A stretch of 63,902 bases of DNA, the filler included, from Lenisia limosa (Eukaryota; Protista; Breviatea), in assembly GCA_001655205.1 (NCBI GenBank). It is 6 parts of 6 records of this genome, joined end to end, with 100 filler letters (N's around TTAATTAATTAA, not from the genome) between each part and the next. Parts side by side here need not be neighbours in the genome. Positions count along the whole stretch, not along the records: positions 56,212 to 58,997 come from LPNZ01002778.1; positions 59,098 to 63,902 come from LPNZ01008822.1; 4 more parts are not named here. One strand, 5' to 3'. The notes beneath the pieces were generated by a model, which made no database searches, was not told the origin of the DNA, and saw only the letters and a program-made list of their open reading frames with translations. Shown piece after piece: positions 56,246 to 63,902 of the stretch. Position 1 is the first letter of the stretch; each line of letters opens with the position of its first letter. Both the position numbers and the translations under genes were made by a program.

Positions 56246-58853
56246 CTTCTTCGCTGTCATTCTCATCAGGAATCAAGAGACTGGTGACCTCGAGGTGAAG
56301 CCCCCTGGAAGGTCAGTTTTTATTAGGGAACCATGCAATTTTGAAAATTTGACGAGGGACTTATTGTAACCAGAACCCGTGTTCAGACACTTTAATTTCA
56401 AATTGTGTGAATTATTTTACTCAAAAAATTAATTATTTATTTCATATCATTTTTGATAAATCCTCGATAAATATCGAGGATTTACCGGTCTTTGTAGTCT
56501 AAATGATGAACAAAGATAACAGGAGGGTTTATCCCGAGTGTATCAGATTATCATTGAGACTTGTCGGTCAATTATCATACGAGTGGATATGAGCTATCAT
56601 ATCATTGCGTGGAAAATGACAGTTCACACGTGTGAAAATGATCCGAGAAACGTTTTTTATGGGACCGAAGAGAAGCCTCGTCCGAAACTTCCCAAAACAA
56701 AGCCCCCACCAACTTGTTGTAGATACTCCGAATATTGTCCAAAACTGGCTGCAGCCGAACCTTGGAGAGCTTCTGGTCTGAAGAGTGTGAGAGAAAAGTA
56801 CAGCGCCACTTCCAGTTCAATAATACCGATAAAATATCGATATTTATCGAGGGTTTATCGGGAATTCAATCTTTTTTTGGAATCGAAGTATTAGGTCAGT
56901 TCTTTATTTTGATCCTATTTTGCAAACAAATTAAAAAGCAAATTGCGAAATTATCTTTTAGGGCCTACAGGATAAAACAGTCCAAGACATAAGAATTATA
57001 AAAATGGTTAAAAATAACACAGGCTATATGAGGAAAATTGTATGACAATTTTGGTTGTGCGTAAAAGACTGAGTTTCTCGATAACTCCTCGAAAACTATC
57101 GATATTTTCCCGAACCCAAGTGAAGCCTTGGTTAAAAAACAAAGAAAACAATCACCTTAATCCCATTTCCTGCTTTATATGCTATATACTCCAAACCAAC
57201 CGCCCCTAGCACTCACAGAAAGAGTTAGTGAAGGCCTTGAGGTCGATGTTGACAGCGTCGATATGGGGGAACACTGCGTTGAGCACCTCGTCGCTGATAT
57301 AGCCGTTAGAGACGTAGACGCCCTTGATGTTGTGCTGGTTGGGGGGGGGGGNNNNNNNNNNNNNNNNNNNNNNNNNNNNNNNNNNNNNNNNNNNNNNNNN
57401 NNNNNNNNNNNNNNNNNNNNNNTCAGAATCAACTCCGTTGGCTAACAAGGGTCAAAATAGACTCGACACAATTATAGTATATCATTGTACACACAGCTTT
57501 CTGCGTGCCTCCCATATCCTCCCGTAATACTTCCCTGGATACCTTCTTTGCGATTCTCATAACATCGTAGGCATACTCGGAGAAGATCGTTGGCTCATTG
57601 TACTGCAAAGATTAGAGTAAATTATTCCGTGAGTATGGGTCTTGGAGTTACGGGGTAATATATTCTATGATTGCGGCTCTTGGAGTTACGCAATATTAGG
57701 GTTCCGTGAGTGTGAACTTAGAGTTACGTGACAGTATTGAGATTAAGTTGGATTTAAAGAGTGGTTAAGTCTTAGAGGTAGATCAAGGTATAAGATTGTG
57801 TACACAATATGTACGGTGACCGGGTAAGTATTGACTGATTTGCTATTAATTCCCATGTATATTTGGCCAAGATTTATCTCGGTCACTGTTTAAGGTGAAT
57901 GTAAAGAAGTACTCAATTAGAGGAGACTCCACCAGTTAAAAACGCAACCCCCCCCCTTCACACCGTAAAGGCAATGGCTCTGATTCCTCTCTTCAAACAA
58001 ATGTTGACAAGATCCTGTGAATCGTAAAGTATGGTAGGGCTTTACCTCGGTTCGAAAAAAGACTGAATGTCTCGATAAATCCTGGAAAATATCGATATTT
58101 TCCCGAACCGAAGTGAAGCCTTAGTAGTATCTGGCTGAAGCCGTCCACATCATCACGCTTAGAGAGATAGAAAAGACATGCCTGTCGACTTATCATATTT
58201 TCTCTATTCAAAGTAAGGCGGTTCCAAACGACTGACAAAATATATTGAGGTTTTATCGAGAAATTCAGTCTTTTTTGGAACCGAAAGCGAAGCCCTAAAT
58301 CAAAGAGGCGGCATTAGGGATTCACTTCGATTCGAAAAAGACCAGTGAAATATCGACAATTTTCGAAGATTTATCGAAAAATTCTGTCTATTTTCGAATC
58401 AATGCTGATAGTACTAGAGCTTCACGTTAGCTTTCAAACGCCATAGAAATAGAATTTTTTTATTATTATACTCATACCTGGGGAGGTAAAACGTGTCCAT
58501 ATTCTTCGATCTCAGTTGCGGCAACTTCAGGGGTTCCTTCAATCTCGCACCTGGGGGAGGTGGGGTAAAATTGGAAAATTTATGAAACAAAAAAGCCGAA
58601 AAAATCAATTAGAAAACCACTCATTTCGTTACGCTCTGGTCAGCTTTTATTATAATTGATTTATTATTGCTATCTCTTGTCAGTTGGTTTGGAGAAAAAT
58701 ATCAGTATGTTGTAATGTGTTGCAAATATGATGGTGTGTTACATTCCCTGCCCTCTTTCCATCTTATTGCCACACCCCCATACCTCGATTTGATATCTTT
58801 TGTCACCTGTGCGATTTCCCAGTTCTGGCAGTGCTGGCACGAGAATGAGCATC
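56246..58853 (-). CDS. AmmeMemoRadiSam-type radical SAM enzyme (PFL-activating-enzyme superfamily), intron-containing, truncated at both ends by contig edges
   Basis: GT-AG exons GCSFSCQHCQNWEIAQ (CxxxCxxC, 58807-58853), YGHVLPPQ, AIAFT|YNEPTIFSEYAYDVMRIAKK|HNIKGVYVSNGYIS..HIDAVNIDLKAFTNSF|YQKLSKVRLQPVLDNIRSI|GLHLEVTSLLIPDENDSEE. Confidence 0.85.
58035..58123. mobile_element. hAT-like MITE family A copy in a radical SAM gene intron
   Basis: tagggctttacctcggttcgaaaaaagac..cgaaccgaagtgaagcctta. Confidence 0.7.
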
Positions 58854-58997
58854 CTGAAACAGGCCGGGATTAGGGTTGATTTCTCTTAAAAGGGGATATT
58901 ATTTGAAGGGAAAAGATATTATAACATGGGAGTACAAGTAGCAAAATAAAAGAATCTGCCCCTCTCACCTATAGTTCCGACACTCATGATGGGGGAC

Positions 58998-59097
58998 NNN
59001 NNNNNNNNNNNNNNNNNNNNNNNNNNNNNNNNNNNNNNNNNTTAATTAATTAANNNNNNNNNNNNNNNNNNNNNNNNNNNNNNNNNNNNNNNNNNNN
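58998..59097. other. Artificial contig linker
   Basis: N44-TTAATTAATTAA-N44. Confidence 0.97.
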
Positions 59098-59306
59098 TTA
59101 TATGTCCCCTTTCTTTGTTGCTGGCAGTGGCTGATGAGGGTATTATTTTATAGAGGCAAGAATGAACTTTGTCAGCCAACTTACTAAATATTTTGCAACT
59201 CCACAAAGATCACAAACAATAAGACAGAACAAATGCACAAACAAAATAATCCCCGCCCATGAGAACTAGCGTGTTGTCTTACAAATAAGAGCACCAATAC
59301 AAAGCC

Positions 59307-62300
59307 TACACTCTCGGGTATGGCAAGCGTGGTGTTCTGAACAGACTGAGATCGTTTGAAGGTCCGGGCTCTGGCGGTGTCTGGCTGCTTGGGCTCCTCC
59401 TCGACAAAAGACTCTGGGGGGGGGGGGNNNNNNNNNNNNNNNNNNNNNNNNNNNNNNNNNNNNNNNNNNNNNNNNNNNNNNNNNNNNNNNNNNNNNNNNN
59501 NNNNNNNNNNNNNNNNNNNNNNNNNNNNNNNNNNNNNNNNNNNNNNNNNNNNNNNNNNNNNNNNNNNNNCACGAGGGTTGCGAGTGATAACATAAAAAAG
59601 GGGAACACTGGCCCCCCAGTTATGTCAATGCCAAAAAAACATGTAGAAATTTACTTTTATGGTACCAAGAGTATATTTACTGTACTATGTCCATAAATAT
59701 ATATACTATGTAAATACACTATGTATGGACATGTGTATTATTGCTCTGAATAAGAATGTGTATCCATGGTCCAGGAAAAAAGGAACACAGCTCACGGTTC
59801 TGGTCATTTAATGAGAACATGGGGGTGCTTTGGTTTAGTGGCGTGGACAGGCTTGGCTAAAATGGAAAGTGAAAAAGAAAATGTCTACTAAAAAACAAAA
59901 TAAAAAAAAANNNNNNNNNNNNNNNNNNNNNNNNNNNNNNNNNNNNNNNNNNNNNNNNNNNNNNNNNNNNNNNNNNNNNNNNNNNACAACATTTGTATTT
60001 CATTTTAGTCTGTAATAACTACAGACCCCCCCAACCATATTGCCAGCCTCTTCTTCCTCCTCCTCCTCCTCCTGCATATCCTCATTGAGGGATCGCATGT
60101 TCCGCTTCTTCTTTGAAAGCCCCCAACGCGAGGCCGGCTGCAATGGCGGGGAGTGATAAGGGGAAAGGCATAAGAGAAGGAGTTGACAATATACAACAAA
60201 AAAACAACAAACGACAATTAAAGAGCATTTTCAACAAGAAGACCGCCTACCGGCGCTTGTTGGGGAACTGGAGGTGCTTGTTGCTCCTATACAGATTACA
60301 TTAAATGATTCCTTACCCATCCCTCCAAGAAGCACTATTTCTTACCCCCCACCTTTAGCAGTCGTTTCACCTCAGCAGCACGGTCCTGTCTTCGGACATT
60401 TCGCTTCGAGAGGCCCCTGGCAATTAGTTTTGATAAGGGTATACTATGATTTAGTTAAAATATTGATGGTTTTCCAAGATTAATTGAAAAATTCAGAATT
60501 TTTCGAACCGAAGTGAAGCTCAAAGACTAAAATATATTAATACATCAACATTTCCACTATTGCTAACTAAAATATTACAGTAAATATTAAAAATCAAGCT
60601 ATTGACCGACCCCCCCACGTTAGGGAACTGGCGGNNNNNNNNNNNNNNNNNNNNNNNNNNNNNNNNNNNNNNNNNNNNNNNNNNNNNNNNNNNNNNNNNN
60701 NNNNNNNNNNNNNNNNNNNNNNNNNNNNNNNNNNNNNNNNNNNNNNNNNNNNNNNNNNNNNNNNNNNNNNNNNNNNNNNNNNNNNNAGCATACCTTGGAG
60801 TTTTCCAACTCGACCACTTCATTCGCTCTCATAGCCCCGAGTTCTCTGATACACTCGAAGATGGCCATGTCAGCTTCGCGAGAGGCTTGGCGTAGCCGTC
60901 CTATGACGTGTTAATGGAGAACAAAAAAAAAAAAGAAAAGAAAAGAAAAAATAACAAGGGAACAAACATGAATAGTTGGAGAATCAATACGAAGGGGGAA
61001 TATGGCCGAACAAAAACCCATATCAAGGCTTGGAAGAATGCAGAGCAGAAGACTAGGGTTGTGTTTTCAATTTATAAGGAAGCACTTTTTTAAGGCCCCT
61101 TTAATATGATTAATAGTCTTAAATGCTCAGAATCGCAACATACCATTTTTGTAGAGAGACCCGACAAGTAGGCTCCTGGCGGTGGCAGTGTGAGTGGGGG
61201 AACCGGAGCTAGACGCGTGGTTGACTGCCTAATATGGTAAGAAGTTACTTACTATGGCAAGTAAAGTAAACGTTGACCTTTTATTTTGCCTTCTTTACCC
61301 CCACGATCTTTTTATCACTTCCATAACGCCAAAGTGAACAGAAAAACAACACCAAATCAATCCAACAAGGAAGTTGCCAGAAACCCACCTTTTTGGCCCA
61401 ACTCGCAGCGGAGTGAAGGTCGGCTTTGAAGAGGAACATACGCGAGAACCCAATACAGACCCTCATAAGGCCTACACTGTCCTCTCTGTGCACCCACTCG
61501 TTCTGGGGGGTTAGGGGGTTTATCACATGGTGAAAAGGACGTGTTGAAAGAGCAAGAGTTAAAAAAAAAGGAAAATAATAATAAAAAAAAAGTCAAAATA
61601 GGAATTCAGCGCAACCCAGCTCTCTACGTACCATGAGGTCCAAACAAGACGCAATTGTATCGGAGTCAGGCTTTTCAATGATGGAGAGCACACAATCTAC
61701 ACCAAGATAATCAAGTAGTTTAGATTCATTTTTTTGTACCCCTAACCCCCANNNNNNNNNNNNNNNNNNNNNNNNNNNNNNNNNNNNNNNNNNNNNNNNN
61801 NNNNNNNNNNNNNNNNNNNNNNNNNNNNNNNNNNNNNNNNNNNNNNNNNNNNNNNNNNNNNNNNNNNNNNNNNNNNNNNNNNNNNNNNNNNNNNNNNNNN
61901 NNNNNNNNNNNNNNNNNNNNNNNNNNNNNNNNNNNNNNNNNNNNNNNNNATTTGAGGCCAAAATGCGCAGGTCAGGCTGGAGGTATGAGGAAAAGTTGAG
62001 TGGTGAGTGGGAATAAGTCTAAAGAAGATAGGACAATGTGCTGCATTCTATGTCTATTGTGTCTCTATGTATTCTGTTGGTATCCCTACGATTGAATACA
62101 TTTAATACCCCCCCCCCACGTTGGCATCGGCAGGGTCATGAGTGAGCTGTTTGATATGAGTCAGAGCTGAGAGGTATAGCGCCGCCNNNNNNNNNNNNNN
62201 NNNNNNNNNNNNNNNNNNNNNNNNNNNNNNNNNNNNNNNNNNNNNNNNNNNNNNNNNNNNNNNNNNNNNNNNNNNNNNNNNNNNNNNNNNNNNNNNNNNN

Positions 62301-63902
62301 NNNNNNNNNNNNNNNNNNNNNNNNNNNNNNNNNNNNNNNNNNNNNNNNNNNNNNNNNNNNNNNNNNNNNNNNNNNNNNNNNNNNNNNNNNNNNNNNNNNN
62401 TAGTTGCACAAAGGTATTGGTCACAAACCGAAAAGCTGAAACTCCAGACTCCATCCCCTAACACAAAAAAAGACACACCTGAGTTATACTAATTAATAAG
62501 GACATATCAAACAATATAACAAGTACCCCACCCTTAGACGAGTATGACACGGCTTTGAGAACGAGGGGTCGTTGCTCCTCATTGGCGTCTGAAATGTCAA
62601 AACCATCACAACATTATCATTTCACATCATATTATATTATATCGTATTATACAATCGCATCATATCGTATCATATTTAGGGTTTCTTTCCGTCCGAAAAA
62701 GACCATATCTAGCACATCATACAGAGACCCCTTCTCAAAACACATCAAAAGCATCTCCTTCCCCGTACTTTTGATGGCGAGACCAAAATGCCTGGATAGA
62801 AGAGCGAAGTAGGCAGGGGGGACTGGGTTTTCCTGCGGAGTTATAAAACAAAAAAGCCCAAATGGGGGGAATAATGGAGTAATATTGGAGTGACAAGTTT
62901 TTTTTGTTTGCAAATAATAGAAGGTTGTGCTCCCCTCCCTACTACAATATAATATCACCACCTCCCCACCTTCGTCTCAATTACGTCGGCAGTTTTGATG
63001 TGGAATTCCCTCTGGAGCATCGGCGGCATGAGGTTGTAGCACACCTGAAAAAATGAGCCCATCAAAGACAGAGGGCGTTGAATGTGCCATTATCATCAAA
63101 CTTATTCGATTGTTTGTGCAAATATGATACAACAACATGACATTCCCATCGGACCTCTTGGATGATGTCGCTTTTGAAGTAGTAGAATCCCTTGCGCTGA
63201 AAATGTCATTCCAGGCCATTCCGATTTATTAAAACATTTGTAGCAGGTGAGAGGTGAGAAAATAGCGAGTTTGCACCATCAAATTTAAGCTCCTGCTAAT
63301 CCCAAATACAAGTAAAGCCCAAGTATGCTACATCCTTCCCCCTTACTGTATCAAATAATAAAAAATTAGATAAAATAATAATTATATAAAAAAAGGTAAA
63401 TAGAAAGAGTAAAACAGCCCCCCCCCCCCACGTNNNNNNNNNNNNNNNNNNNNNNNNNNNNNNNNNNNNNNNNNNNNNNNNNNNNNNNNNNNNNNNNNNN
63501 NNNNNNNNNNNNNNNNNNNNNNNNNNNGAGTGGCAGCAGAGCTTGGCCCTCCCGCACCGGGAAGATTTCTGCCAATAACCCGACAGAAAACTCCTTGCCT
63601 GGGGGGGAGGTAAGATTGGACAATTTTGGAAACAAAATAAATCCCAAATCAACTCTGTTGGGTTCACACACTGCTTTTTGAAGAATGACATTTAAGGAAG
63701 GATAAGAGGGAACAAAAGTAAAAGTGGGAAAGAAGAGAGGGAAAAGAGATAAGAAGGGAAGGTAAAAGAACACAATTGTTAACATAATAGAACAACATCT
63801 CACCGATAACGGACGCGACTTTGAGTGTGAGCTGCAGAGTGGGCTTGAGTTGGTCGATTCGGGTCATGACAAGGCCAACTACCGCCTCGGGCAGATCCAT
63901 TG
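59307..63902 (-). CDS. C-terminal part of a soluble adenylate cyclase (ADCY10)-like / STAND-type ATPase protein; cyclase domain not in window
   Basis: DLPEAVVGLVMTRIDQLKPTLQLTLKVASVIG|KEFSVGLLAEIFP, YFKSDIIQE|VCYNLMPPMLQREFHIKTA match the post-ATPase signature of sAC-like proteins. Further exons run down to about 59307. Confidence 0.55.

Noticed and set aside
56246-58853. Bacterial contaminant contig
   Set aside because: The gene has multiple GT-AG introns containing the same MITEs as contigs A-C.

Overview
This is intron-rich, AT-rich eukaryotic (protist-like) DNA, and it is not one contiguous locus. Five 100-nt N44-TTAATTAATTAA-N44 linkers join six contigs: A 1-14444, B 14545-33063, C 33164-36169, D 36270-56111, E 56212-58997 and F 59098-63902. 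The other N runs look like masking or gaps. Genes rebuilt by hand from exons are RFC2/Rfc4, an SDP1/TGL4-type patatin lipase, RAD51D, two paralogous putatively secreted Sushi-like + RCC1-like proteins, DUSP12/Yvh1, the C-terminal half of SWR1/SRCAP, eIF2-gamma, an intron-containing AmmeMemoRadiSam-type radical SAM enzyme, and the tail of a soluble-adenylate-cyclase-like protein. Introns carry many MITEs (two hAT-like families, a CACTA-like family, an unclassified family), and contig D has Tc1 and retroelement remnants. The main finding is in eIF2-gamma, which has 12 tiny introns of 22-38 nt. Four of them (22, 24, 22 and 24 nt) can only be removed to give the conserved protein if they end in TG rather than AG. 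This points to a GT-TG tiny-intron class, possibly defined by length. All splice models are manual inferences from homology remembered without a database, and there is no RNA evidence.
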